DNA of 55,329 nt from a virus. Its lineage: Duplodnaviria > Caudoviricetes. Under the pieces are notes generated by a model. That model did not search any database, was not told the DNA's origin, and saw only the letters and a list, made by a program, of their open reading frames with translations. Location: IMG/VR virus record IMGVR_UViG_3300012582_000006, positions 1-55,329 of that record; one strand, written 5' to 3'. The translations under genes were made by a program, and so were the position numbers. Below, piece by piece: positions 17,322 to 25,645 of this stretch (the first letter of the stretch is position 1; each line of letters starts with the position of its first letter).

Positions 17322-17553
17322 GGTTAGGTGTGGTGAGGTGCGGTCGGCCGAGGTGTGGTCAGGTGAGCCTAGGTGCGGTTTGGTGTGGTAATGTCAGGCG
17401 TGGTCTGGTGCTGTAAGGTAAGCTCTGGTGAGGTACGGTGATGTAAGGTGCGGTTTGGCGGGGTAAGGTGATGTTAGGTTGGGCCCGGTACGGTGCTGTG
17501 AGGTTAGGTGTGGTATGGTCGGCTATGGCGAGGTAATGTGAGGTGTGGTGAGG
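17304..17553 (+). repeat. GGY-NN pentamer array 3 (50 in-phase units)
   Basis: tttgg tacgg cgagg tgagg ... tgtgg tgagg; 250 bp without phase slip, 40/50 units end in GG. Confidence 0.95.
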
Positions 17554-20361
17554 ATTCTGATTACAAGTGACTGGCAGACAGATTATGAAAACCTTGAACT
17601 TTGTTCAAAGGCTGCGGAAGAAATTTTGCAGCTGAAGGAAGAGCATAGGTTCGAGGTTCTCATACATGCAGGAGACTTGAAGCGTCAGTACAATCCGATA
17701 GATGTTCGTATCGTAAACTTTTGGTTGAAGATGATTGGAAAGTGTCGGAAGGCTGGATTGGAAGTTTTCGTTAACCTTGGAAATCACGATCGGGTTGGGA
17801 TGCATGTTGATACACAAAATTGGTTGCCGGTGGTCAGAAAAGCCGGTGCGTTCGCTTATGATGAGCCGCAGCTTGTTGTGGGGTCGTTTACCGATCGTGG
17901 TGTCTCGATTCCACCGTTGGCATTTCTTCCCTTTAGAAACAATCCTGTTTTGTTGAAGCGTGAAGCTCATGATCTTGCTAAGAAAGCAAACGAGAACAGC
18001 ATTCTGATTTTCCATTGCGATTTGAAGAATGCTAGGTACAATGTGCTTTCTCGTTCTGCGGTTGATCTATCGGTTGAGGATCTGTATCCGGATAAGTACA
18101 TGTTCTGTGTTGGTGGTCATTTACACTTTCAGCATAAGGTAGCGGATAATATTTGGTATGTTGGTAGTCCATTCGCAATGGATTGGGGAGAAGCAAACCA
18201 GCGGAAGGGTTATTTGTTGATTGATACACTAAAGAAAACGATCAAGAGAATTCGCTCAAAGATTCCAGGATGGTACGATCCAAATTGGCCTGGATTTGAG
18301 GAGTCGAAGCCGGAGAGTTGGAAAGGGGCCAAGGTAAGGATCAAGGTTCCGTGCGATGGAGTTCAGCATGTTAGAGAGCTACTTGAAAAAGCACGGGTGG
18401 AAGCGGCTAAGAAATATGATGGAGCAGAGATTGTTACAGTTCCTGAATTTCGTGAGGCGGAGAGGGCTGAAGGGAAGATTAGATTGGGTCTTCCTGATGA
18501 AAAGAAAATCAGAATCTACGTACAAGAGACACTGCCGGATGAATTGAGAGGTTATGAATCGGCAATCAAGAAATATCTCGTGGAGCAGCTTTCACTTGTC
18601 GGTGGTTTGGAAAGGGAGCATGGGGAGCTAAAGTTTCTAAAGACACGGGCTAGAAACTTTCTTAGCTATGAGAAATTAGACTTTATATTTGAGCCAGGGC
18701 TTTGTGTGATAGCAGGAGAGAATAAAGATTGGAAGGGAAGGAGCAATGGAAGTGGGAAGACATCGGCATTGCAACCGATTGCAGTAACTTTATTTGGACA
18801 GACATTCAAAGGACAGAAGCATGATGGCTGGATGAGACGTGGTACGGATAAGAAGGAAGAGGTCTTTGCAAAAGTTTGGTTTCAGGATTCCCAAGGAAGA
18901 GCCTGTTGGGTCAATAGACCTAGGCAACCAAAAGAATCAAAGCTGAAGCTGGTAGTGGATGGTGATGTGGTAGAAAGCGGAAACAGACCGGAGAGTACGC
19001 AGAAGTTGATCGAGCAGGTAACCGGTTACACTTGGGAGACGCTTGCGAATGCAATCTACATCGATCAGTCGAAATCCCATTTGATGTTGACGGGAACGGA
19101 GTCGGAGCGAAAAGGATTTCTTGCCAAGTTACAAAACTTGGAAAGGTTCGAGCGGGCTGAGAAATCCGTCCGGGACCAAAAGAGCGACTTTGAGCGCCGC
19201 TACGAGTTGAATTCTGACCGTCTACAATCCGTTTTAACGGAGGAAAAGAACCTACTCGACACAATATCCCGTGCGAAGCGGATTTTAGCTCTAAACGCGT
19301 CTGTGTCGGTTTCTTACCGTCGCGTGAAACGACTGTTTTTGTCGAAAAAGGCTGAATTAGAGACTTGGGAAGCAAAAGCCGAGATGAACTTGACGTTACT
19401 TGACAAGGAGCTTGTTGAAATAGAAAAAGTAGACAAAGAAATGACTAAACAGTTGGCTTCAGTGGAAGAGAGATTGGATGTACTTAGGACCAGATTGTCG
19501 AAGTTCAAAAGAATGGAAGGTGTCTGTCCGACCTGCGAGCGTGTGATAGATGAGAAGGCAATTCAGTTGGCGATTCCGGAAATGGAAAAGAAAATACGTG
19601 GACTGGAAAAACAGGTCGAAGGTTTTGGGGGACTGGAATGGCAACGTAAGTCGCAGAGGAGAGGGCTCGAGAACAAAAAGATAAAGTGGCTCAGGAACAA
19701 AAGCTTGGCTGGTGAGGTTTCAGACCTGCAAGTGAGAATGGAAAAACTGAAGTTCGAGTGGCTTCAGTACAAGAGGCAGCAAGAGTTGATTGATGGCTTG
19801 CAGAAGCAGGTGAATCAGTGTAAGGAGCTTGGTAGTGGTTTGACTAGAAAGAAAATCAAGATCGGAAAATGGCTCAAGGTGCTGAAGTACTCTCAATCGG
19901 TATTCCAAAGAAACGGATTGCCTGCATCGTTGAATCAACAGATCTGTCCAGAATTGAATCAGGCGGCGGCGGAGTATGCTGAACTATTTGCTCAGAGAGA
20001 AATTCAGGTTCGGTTTGCTGTGGACGAAGAAGGAAGACTGGATGTGCGGGTGATTAATGCACACGGTGGTGAAGGGGTAGCGGATCAATCGGAAGGTGAA
20101 ATGAAAATGGCTTCGTTGATCACTTCCTTTGCGGTGAGATCGGTGGCACCGAAGACGAACATCCTGATTTTGGATGAGCCGGGTGACGGCTTGGATGCGA
20201 TTTCGGCAAGGAGTTTTGCTAGAGGGTTGAAGCAGGTGACGGATCGGTTCGGAAGTATTTTGTTGACGACTCATAATCCAGCAATCTTATCTGAGCTGGC
20301 GGATGCAAAGTTGGTGGTGGTCAGAAAAGAAAACGGGATAAGCGAGGTGGTCGATGGCTAG
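17545..20361 (+). CDS. fused SbcD(Mre11)-SbcC(Rad50) nuclease-ATPase
   Basis: TSDWQ, HAGDL, LGNHD, GGHLH, YVGSP (metallophosphoesterase), then NGSGKTS, CPTC zinc hook, SEGE signature, LILDEP, LTTH in one ORF. Confidence 0.9.
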   Translation: MVRILITSDWQTDYENLELCSKAAEEILQLKEEHRFEVLIHAGDLKRQYNPIDVRIVNFWLKMIGKCRKAGLEVFVNLGNHDRVGMHVDTQNWLPVVRKAGAFAYDEPQLVVGSFTDRGVSIPPLAFLPFRNNPVLLKREAHDLAKKANENSILIFHCDLKNARYNVLSRSAVDLSVEDLYPDKYMFCVGGHLHFQHKVADNIWYVGSPFAMDWGEANQRKGYLLIDTLKKTIKRIRSKIPGWYDPNWPGFEESKPESWKGAKVRIKVPCDGVQHVRELLEKARVEAAKKYDGAEIVTVPEFREAERAEGKIRLGLPDEKKIRIYVQETLPDELRGYESAIKKYLVEQLSLVGGLEREHGELKFLKTRARNFLSYEKLDFIFEPGLCVIAGENKDWKGRSNGSGKTSALQPIAVTLFGQTFKGQKHDGWMRRGTDKKEEVFAKVWFQDSQGRACWVNRPRQPKESKLKLVVDGDVVESGNRPESTQKLIEQVTGYTWETLANAIYIDQSKSHLMLTGTESERKGFLAKLQNLERFERAEKSVRDQKSDFERRYELNSDRLQSVLTEEKNLLDTISRAKRILALNASVSVSYRRVKRLFLSKKAELETWEAKAEMNLTLLDKELVEIEKVDKEMTKQLASVEERLDVLRTRLSKFKRMEGVCPTCERVIDEKAIQLAIPEMEKKIRGLEKQVEGFGGLEWQRKSQRRGLENKKIKWLRNKSLAGEVSDLQVRMEKLKFEWLQYKRQQELIDGLQKQVNQCKELGSGLTRKKIKIGKWLKVLKYSQSVFQRNGLPASLNQQICPELNQAAAEYAELFAQREIQVRFAVDEEGRLDVRVINAHGGEGVADQSEGEMKMASLITSFAVRSVAPKTNILILDEPGDGLDAISARSFARGLKQVTDRFGSILLTTHNPAILSELADAKLVVVRKENGISEVVDG

Positions 20362-20734
20362 ACCGAAAGATGAAATGGGATGTCAGTCGACGGTACTTCC
20401 ATATTGGGATAGGCTTCTTGAGATTACGAGCGAGACTTGTAATCGTCCGTTACCATGTCCAGTTCATAATACTTTTAGTGCGACAACGGTTTACGCTGAA
20501 GGAGAGCGACGAGAAGAGATTTCGCATCCGAGACATTACGGTGGCGATACGATCTACGAAGCGATCAAGGTGATAGAGGCTTGGAGCTTGGGTTTCTGTT
20601 TGGGGAATGCTGTAAAATACATTTGTCGTGCCGAGACGAAGGGTATGAAGCTGGCGGATTTGAAAAAAGCTCGCTGGTACTTGGATCGAGAAATACAACG
20701 ATTGGACAGAACAGACAAAGGGGTGGAACGGTGA
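20354..20734 (+). CDS. DUF3310 / SaV-like protein
   Basis: ISHPRHY...EAIKVIE...FCLGNAVKYICRA..KG..DLKKARWYL. Confidence 0.85.
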   Translation: MARPKDEMGCQSTVLPYWDRLLEITSETCNRPLPCPVHNTFSATTVYAEGERREEISHPRHYGGDTIYEAIKVIEAWSLGFCLGNAVKYICRAETKGMKLADLKKARWYLDREIQRLDRTDKGVER

Positions 20735-20885
20735 GAGTGAAGAAGGCTGTACTCAAAGAAATTTTTCTAATTATTGTTTTTGTTGGTGTGGCTTTTTTGT
20801 TTGGATATTTCATGCGGAATGTTCCTAGACCACCTGATTGCATAGCCGGTTCAACAGATGAGGCATGTGTAATAGGAGAAAAGAA

Positions 20886-21185
20886 ATGAAACTAAAAGAG
20901 GCCAAAAAAGACAGATGCGATGAAGTAGCTCTGGATCTGAAGATGAAGGAGATAGTTCAGTATGTCATCAAGGTTTCTCCATATCTTCTTGTTTGTCATA
21001 ACGTGTTTGATAAGCAAGTCGGTTACTTCATTCAGAAAGCTAGGTATGGAATAGAAAATCTTCCGATTCCTTCAGATTTTCCAGGTTTTAGGATTGCCTA
21101 TCTAGACGTATTCTCGAACGATCATGGATACATTCATCTATCTGTAAATGAAGCTCGTAAAGATGTAGAGGAGACGAACAGATGA
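20886..21185 (+). CDS. hypothetical protein
   Basis: coupled ORF with GGAG RBS. Confidence 0.55.
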   Translation: MKLKEAKKDRCDEVALDLKMKEIVQYVIKVSPYLLVCHNVFDKQVGYFIQKARYGIENLPIPSDFPGFRIAYLDVFSNDHGYIHLSVNEARKDVEETNR

Positions 21186-21865
21186 AAATTATCCAGCCAA
21201 CCGTTGAGTTGATCAGACCAGAAAATACAAGTTCAGGTATTGACTGTCTTCGTTTCATAGAACGGATGGCGAGGATCAGCCATCGCTCGGAAGAAAAACA
21301 GACGTTGGATTCCTGGGAGCGGTTCATAAAATCGATCGTGATGGAGCACGGCGATTGGTCCGTGGTGGAACATTCCTATGCAACTGCCATCTTTCGGGTG
21401 AACAGGGGAGTAACCCACGAGTTGGTTCGGCATAGGTTGTTTAGCTTTACACAAGAGAGTACGAGATTCGTGAACGGAAGAAAAAGCTATCCAGAAGGGT
21501 TGGAATTTATTTTGTCACAGACTTTAAGAGGTGTGGATGGAGTGAACGAGCTCGGTGTCGGTTGTACAGTCTCGGATGCTGTGAAGACTGCTGAGTACAT
21601 CTATTTGAACATGTTAGATAAGGGAGTTAGGCCTCAAGAGGCTAGGGCGGTACTTCCGAACGCCTTGGCGGCGACGATAGCGGTGACCGGAAATCTGAGA
21701 AACTGGAGGCACTTGCTTTTAATGCGAACATCGAAAGAGACACATCCGGATTTCAAACAAGTGACGTTGCCGTTGTTAAAGACGTTCAAGGAACGGGTGC
21801 CGTTGTTGTTTGACGATATCGAGCCAGAACAGAAGCAATCGTTGAACATGAGATTACCGAGATGA
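21182..21865 (+). CDS. thyX: FAD-dependent thymidylate synthase
   Basis: SVVEH, RGVTHELVRHRLFSFTQESTRF, ARAVLP, NLRNWRH. Confidence 0.95.
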   Translation: MKIIQPTVELIRPENTSSGIDCLRFIERMARISHRSEEKQTLDSWERFIKSIVMEHGDWSVVEHSYATAIFRVNRGVTHELVRHRLFSFTQESTRFVNGRKSYPEGLEFILSQTLRGVDGVNELGVGCTVSDAVKTAEYIYLNMLDKGVRPQEARAVLPNALAATIAVTGNLRNWRHLLLMRTSKETHPDFKQVTLPLLKTFKERVPLLFDDIEPEQKQSLNMRLPR

Positions 21866-22086
21866 AAATAAAAAAAGAAAAAGAGACGAAGTTTGATTGT
21901 CCGGTAGCTGGTTGTTCTTTTGTTGGAACGGCCTTTGAAATAAACATGCATTTTCAAGATATGCCGGATGATGAACACCTAAAAAAGGAACATCAGTTGG
22001 AAACGGCGATGAACGACGCTTACGATGCGGCGGAGTGGAACTGGGTTGTTGAAAATTGTAAAGAGGCTGAAGAAGAGGAGAAATGA
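21862..22086 (+). CDS. small C2H2-like zinc finger protein
   Basis: CPVAGC...MH...EH. Confidence 0.5.
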   Translation: MKIKKEKETKFDCPVAGCSFVGTAFEINMHFQDMPDDEHLKKEHQLETAMNDAYDAAEWNWVVENCKEAEEEEK

Positions 22087-22271
22087 ATGTGGATAGGGAA
22101 AAAGCAATCGAAGTACTGGATAGTTACAGAAAAACTTATCCAGGACCAGTTTTGGCTACAGACCATTTGATGGTTGTAACGCTGCTGGAGATTTTAGTTA
22201 AGCTCTGCGACATAGAGAAAGCTATAGAAGATACTGAATTGGGCCAGCACGCTTTTAGATGAGGAGGAAAA

Positions 22272-22694
22272 GTGAACGTGGTGATCGTAGGCGCAAGGGA
22301 ACGGACTAATCCGGCTGATGAATCTCCGTTGGCGAAAGATATTGAGCAGGTAGAAGCTTTGATCAGAAAACTTGCCGGTCAGTACGGTCGTAGTTTGAAC
22401 GTAATTTCTGTTGGATGCGACAAAGGCATCGGGAAGATCGTGAGAGAATTTTGCATGGCAAACGGGGTCATCTTCGTAGAGGTAAGAATGAAGTTGGAAG
22501 GGAAAGATATCTCAAGGAGTTTTTTCGTGCACGTGTTCCAGGCGAGAAATCCGGCATTGGTATCGCTGGGTGATGAGTTCTACGTTTTCAAGGGACCAAG
22601 TGAGAACGGAATCGTCGAAGGAATTATTGACATGGCCGTTGAGAAAGTTGGTGCGGTACGGGTGCATGTGGTGGAACATGAGGGGAAACTATGA
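22272..22694 (+). CDS. SLOG/DprA-YspA-like Rossmann-fold protein
   Basis: VVIVGAR, VISVGCDKGIG, ARNPALV. Confidence 0.55.
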   Translation: MNVVIVGARERTNPADESPLAKDIEQVEALIRKLAGQYGRSLNVISVGCDKGIGKIVREFCMANGVIFVEVRMKLEGKDISRSFFVHVFQARNPALVSLGDEFYVFKGPSENGIVEGIIDMAVEKVGAVRVHVVEHEGKL

Positions 22695-22912
22695 AAGTAC
22701 GAGAGCTGACGCCGGATGAGCGAGATGAATTTGGTGGTTTGCAGCTTGCTTATGTTACTGCTAGGAAAAAACGCGAGCAAGCATACAAGGAAGAAAAGGA
22801 TTGTGAGACTGATGTGGATGTGACAAGAAATGCTTTGAGAAAAGCATTGCGCAAAAAGTTCGATGGTTCGGTTGAGCTGTCGGACTGCGGACGATTTGTC
22901 ATCGAATTATAA
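22691..22912 (+). CDS. hypothetical protein
   Basis: coupled ORF; last gene before a long intergenic gap. Confidence 0.55.
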   Translation: MKVRELTPDERDEFGGLQLAYVTARKKREQAYKEEKDCETDVDVTRNALRKALRKKFDGSVELSDCGRFVIEL

Positions 22913-22924
22913 TGAAAAAAAGAC

Positions 22925-22954
22925 TTGACAAGGAATTGTCGTGTGAGTTATCAT
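22925..22954 (+). promoter_or_regulatory. sigma70-type promoter
   Basis: TTGACA (22925-22930), 18 bp spacer, TATCAT (22949-22954), A-tract upstream. Confidence 0.6.
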
Positions 22955-22989
22955 TGTCGTAGCAAACAGTCAATCCTTCGGTCACCAAC

Positions 22990-23030
22990 CTGGGAGCCGG
23001 TTAGCGCGATACGGCTCCCAGTTCTTCTGT
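22990..23030 (+). terminator. intrinsic-terminator-like hairpin
   Basis: perfect 10 bp stem CTGGGAGCCG/CGGCTCCCAG followed by TTCTTCTGT. Confidence 0.6.
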
Positions 23031-23213
23031 ACGGAAAAATTTGTACTCCTAGCACGGCGAGAGATGGACAACAGGACGAGGAAACGTAGTCCATAGTTTA
23101 GGAAACCTGCTAGGGAATGGCTATCGAGAAGCCACGGAATGTTTTATCTCGCGGAAGAAACACGAAACTCTTCCAGTTGATCCTTCATCGCAGAACAAAA
23201 CTAAAAACAGAAA

Positions 23214-23429
23214 ATGAATTTCCCGGAAAAAAGGGAGCTTGGACGGGTTATGTCTGAACTAAAACGGAAAATCGAGCAGAACAGAAAGAACGCCAGTAAG
23301 GGTGGAGAACAGACGGCCAAGAATCTTTCCCAGGAACAAGTGGAAGATCGGGCAAGAGCTGGCGGACAGACCTGCTTGATGAGATACGGGAGAGACTTCT
23401 ACCGATCGATCCGGGCGATGAAAGCATGA
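23214..23429 (+). CDS. KGG-repeat-like small protein
   Basis: NASKGGEQT, ARAGGQT, GRDFYRSI resemble KGG stress-protein repeats. Confidence 0.55.
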   Translation: MNFPEKRELGRVMSELKRKIEQNRKNASKGGEQTAKNLSQEQVEDRARAGGQTCLMRYGRDFYRSIRAMKA

Positions 23430-23439
23430 GGAAAATAAA

Positions 23440-23697
23440 ATGGTCATACCTGCGGCAATGAACATTGAAGCGGCGGTGGATGCAATGGCGACGGTTCCTG
23501 CCGAGGTGAAGGCGGATCAGACCAAGGAATTGGTTGCGGCGATCGGAAAACCGTCCGCGAGGGCATTGGGTGTAAAGTTTCCAATATCGGGAGTTTTCGT
23601 TACCGGTTACCAGCTCGGTTTACAGGTAGCAAGAATGATGATTGCCGGGAATGCGGAAGTGGCGACAAAGGGTGTGAATCCGGAAGACGTGTTGTGA
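23440..23697 (+). CDS. hypothetical protein
   Basis: ORF with GAGG RBS. Confidence 0.55.
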   Translation: MVIPAAMNIEAAVDAMATVPAEVKADQTKELVAAIGKPSARALGVKFPISGVFVTGYQLGLQVARMMIAGNAEVATKGVNPEDVL

Positions 23698-24287
23698 ACA
23701 GAAGGGCAAAAAAGTCGAACGGGCGAAAGTCCGGAGGAAGAAAGAAGAACAAGGTTAGAAGATGTCCGAAATTCTATGTACCGCTCGCTGAACGAATAAG
23801 AATGTGTCAGGAGTATGTTCAGGGCGGACCTGATAACTCGATGCAGAAGATTTCGATTCGGTACAATCGAACTCCTGATACGGTTGCAAGAATCGTGAAG
23901 TCGCCAGAGATGGAAGAAATCGGAAAGGCGATGGCGGATAGATTGATCTCTGATTCGGCCGATAAGGTGGTGGATCGGATCGAGTACGAAGTAAAGAACA
24001 AGCAGAGTAAGCACGGGGCGATGATAGCAATGGAGCTGGCAGAACGGTGGGGTGGAATTCCTGCAAAGGTTTCCAGATTGCAGGGTCAATTCTTGAGTAA
24101 GGATGTCGGTACAAAGGAAGTCTCGGAAGATGAACAGGTGTCACAGTGGATTTCGAAGTTGACCAGAATAGCAATGGAGCGCGGGAGAATCTTCGATATG
24201 CCGATGCCGGAATTCGAAGAGTTCAAAGATGAATTGGATCTGCCCCTGCCGGTCCAAACGATTAGAAAGAAGGAGCAGGCGGAATGA
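23694..24287 (+). CDS. HTH protein, possible terminase small subunit
   Basis: basic N-terminus, SMQKISIRYNRTPDTVARIV HTH-like segment, helical C-terminus; position at start of late region (inference). Confidence 0.4.
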   Translation: MNRRAKKSNGRKSGGRKKNKVRRCPKFYVPLAERIRMCQEYVQGGPDNSMQKISIRYNRTPDTVARIVKSPEMEEIGKAMADRLISDSADKVVDRIEYEVKNKQSKHGAMIAMELAERWGGIPAKVSRLQGQFLSKDVGTKEVSEDEQVSQWISKLTRIAMERGRIFDMPMPEFEEFKDELDLPLPVQTIRKKEQAE

Positions 24288-24493
24288 TCGGCTTCTATGG
24301 AAAAGAAGACAGGAAGTTGTTGACACAGATAGAAGATCATCTGAATCTGATCAGAACTCAGATGATTCTGTTGTTGCGGATACAACGGAACCAGCAGTCC
24401 TTGCAGGAAAAGATTCTGGAAGCTTTGAAGGCTCAGGCGAGGCATCCAGCTGTAGCACTGAAGTTCGCTTTGGGATTACCAACACGTCAGTAA
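24284..24493 (+). CDS. hypothetical coiled-coil protein
   Basis: coupled ORF. Confidence 0.5.
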   Translation: MIGFYGKEDRKLLTQIEDHLNLIRTQMILLLRIQRNQQSLQEKILEALKAQARHPAVALKFALGLPTRQ

Positions 24494-24509
24494 AAAGGAG
24501 AAACGAGAG

Positions 24510-24845
24510 ATGGCAAATTTCCAATTGCAAGACGTTCAGAGGGTGCCGTATCAATTGACAGCGGTGGATGCGGACGGCAATCCGGCACAGTTGGCGCCGG
24601 GAAGTACAATTGTTGTCAGTTCCAGTGATCCGGAGAGCGCCTCGGTGATCGCGGATCCGACTCCTGCCAGCGGTACGGTGGCCAGCGGAGTGATCCTCGG
24701 TGCATCGAAGCTCGGTACGGTGCAGATCAATGCCGTGGTAACAAATGCAGATGGATCACCGGGACCAACCGGAGCGGTTTCGATCGATATCGTCAGTGGT
24801 CCGGCTGCCTCGATCAGCTTCGGGTTGGGGGCTCCGGTAGGATAG
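24510..24845 (+). CDS. Ig-like virion accessory protein
   Basis: LTAVDADGNP...SSSDP...GTVQINA beta-sandwich pattern; AGGAG RBS. Confidence 0.6.
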   Translation: MANFQLQDVQRVPYQLTAVDADGNPAQLAPGSTIVVSSSDPESASVIADPTPASGTVASGVILGASKLGTVQINAVVTNADGSPGPTGAVSIDIVSGPAASISFGLGAPVG

Positions 24846-24864
24846 TTGACTGCCAGGAGAGTGT

Positions 24865-24908
24865 GAGGGTCGGGCAAGAATTGCTGGACCCCGACCCTCC
24901 TCTATTCT
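24865..24908 (+). terminator. GC-rich hairpin, possible terminator or mRNA stabiliser
   Basis: GAGGGTCGGG/CCCGACCCTC 10 bp stem; only a weak U-tract. Confidence 0.45.
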
Positions 24909-24923
24909 GGAAAGGAAAAGATC

Positions 24924-25094
24924 ATGGCACAAGATCAGATGAAGCTAGGCGATCAGTTCGCCATCAGACTAGAATGCGGACACCCGAATAAGAATGCTGG
25001 AGAGCGGTGTGAGTTGTGTGGAAAAACGGTACCGGGAGTCCAATTATCGGCGGAGCAAGAGAAGCCCGCTCAGGAGTCTGAGAATGAGCAATGA
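24924..25094 (+). CDS. small zinc-ribbon protein (56 aa, not in ORF track)
   Basis: MAQDQMKLGDQFAIRLECGHPN...CELCG; AGGA RBS. Confidence 0.5.
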   Translation: MAQDQMKLGDQFAIRLECGHPNKNAGERCELCGKTVPGVQLSAEQEKPAQESENEQ

Positions 25095-25587
25095 TCTGTA
25101 CAGGCAGAAGAAGTTTTCGAAGCACATGGATGTAATCAAGTTCAGGGGCTGTATAGAATTGGCGTTACTAAACGCCGAGACAAACGAGGTAGTGGAAAAA
25201 AGGAAGATCGACAACGTCGTGGTGACGTCCGGTCGATCTTACGTGTTGTCTCGTTTGGTCTCAGCTTCGCCACAGACCGATACGATCAACGCGATTGCGG
25301 TCGGAACATCGACGACGGCACCGGCAACGGGAGATACGGGATTGGTTTCGGAGTCGCTGAGAATCTCAATCTCGTCCTTTGCGACGAGCGGACTGACGGC
25401 GAATCCTCCGAGCTGGCAGGCGCAGTGCACATTCGCAACCAACCAGGCGAACACGACGTTGGGTGAAGCTGGGTTGTTCAATTCAACATCGGCGGCGGTG
25501 CAAACGATGTTGTCGCACGTGACGTACGCAACGATAAATAAAACTACAAGCAACACGCTCGCGATATCGTACACGATATCAAATTGA
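25084..25587 (+). CDS. tail/baseplate structural protein
   Basis: NVVVTSGR...AIAVGTSTTAPATGDTGL...EAGLFN...INKT pattern of phage tail-fibre N-terminal-like proteins. Confidence 0.7.
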   Translation: MSNDLYRQKKFSKHMDVIKFRGCIELALLNAETNEVVEKRKIDNVVVTSGRSYVLSRLVSASPQTDTINAIAVGTSTTAPATGDTGLVSESLRISISSFATSGLTANPPSWQAQCTFATNQANTTLGEAGLFNSTSAAVQTMLSHVTYATINKTTSNTLAISYTISN

Positions 25588-25645
25588 GCAATTAGTTATA
25601 CCATTTCCAGTTGGTTTCTTGTATAATATAACTGGAGGTGGTACA

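Noticed and set aside
5221-17553. Pentamer arrays as CRISPR arrays or simple microsatellites
   Set aside because: No 25-45 bp direct repeats with spacers and no cas genes; units differ from neighbours in the middle two bases while phase is strictly kept, unlike slippage repeats
23041-23120. Hammerhead ribozyme
   Set aside because: GAAA and stems are present but the CUGANGA core is missing
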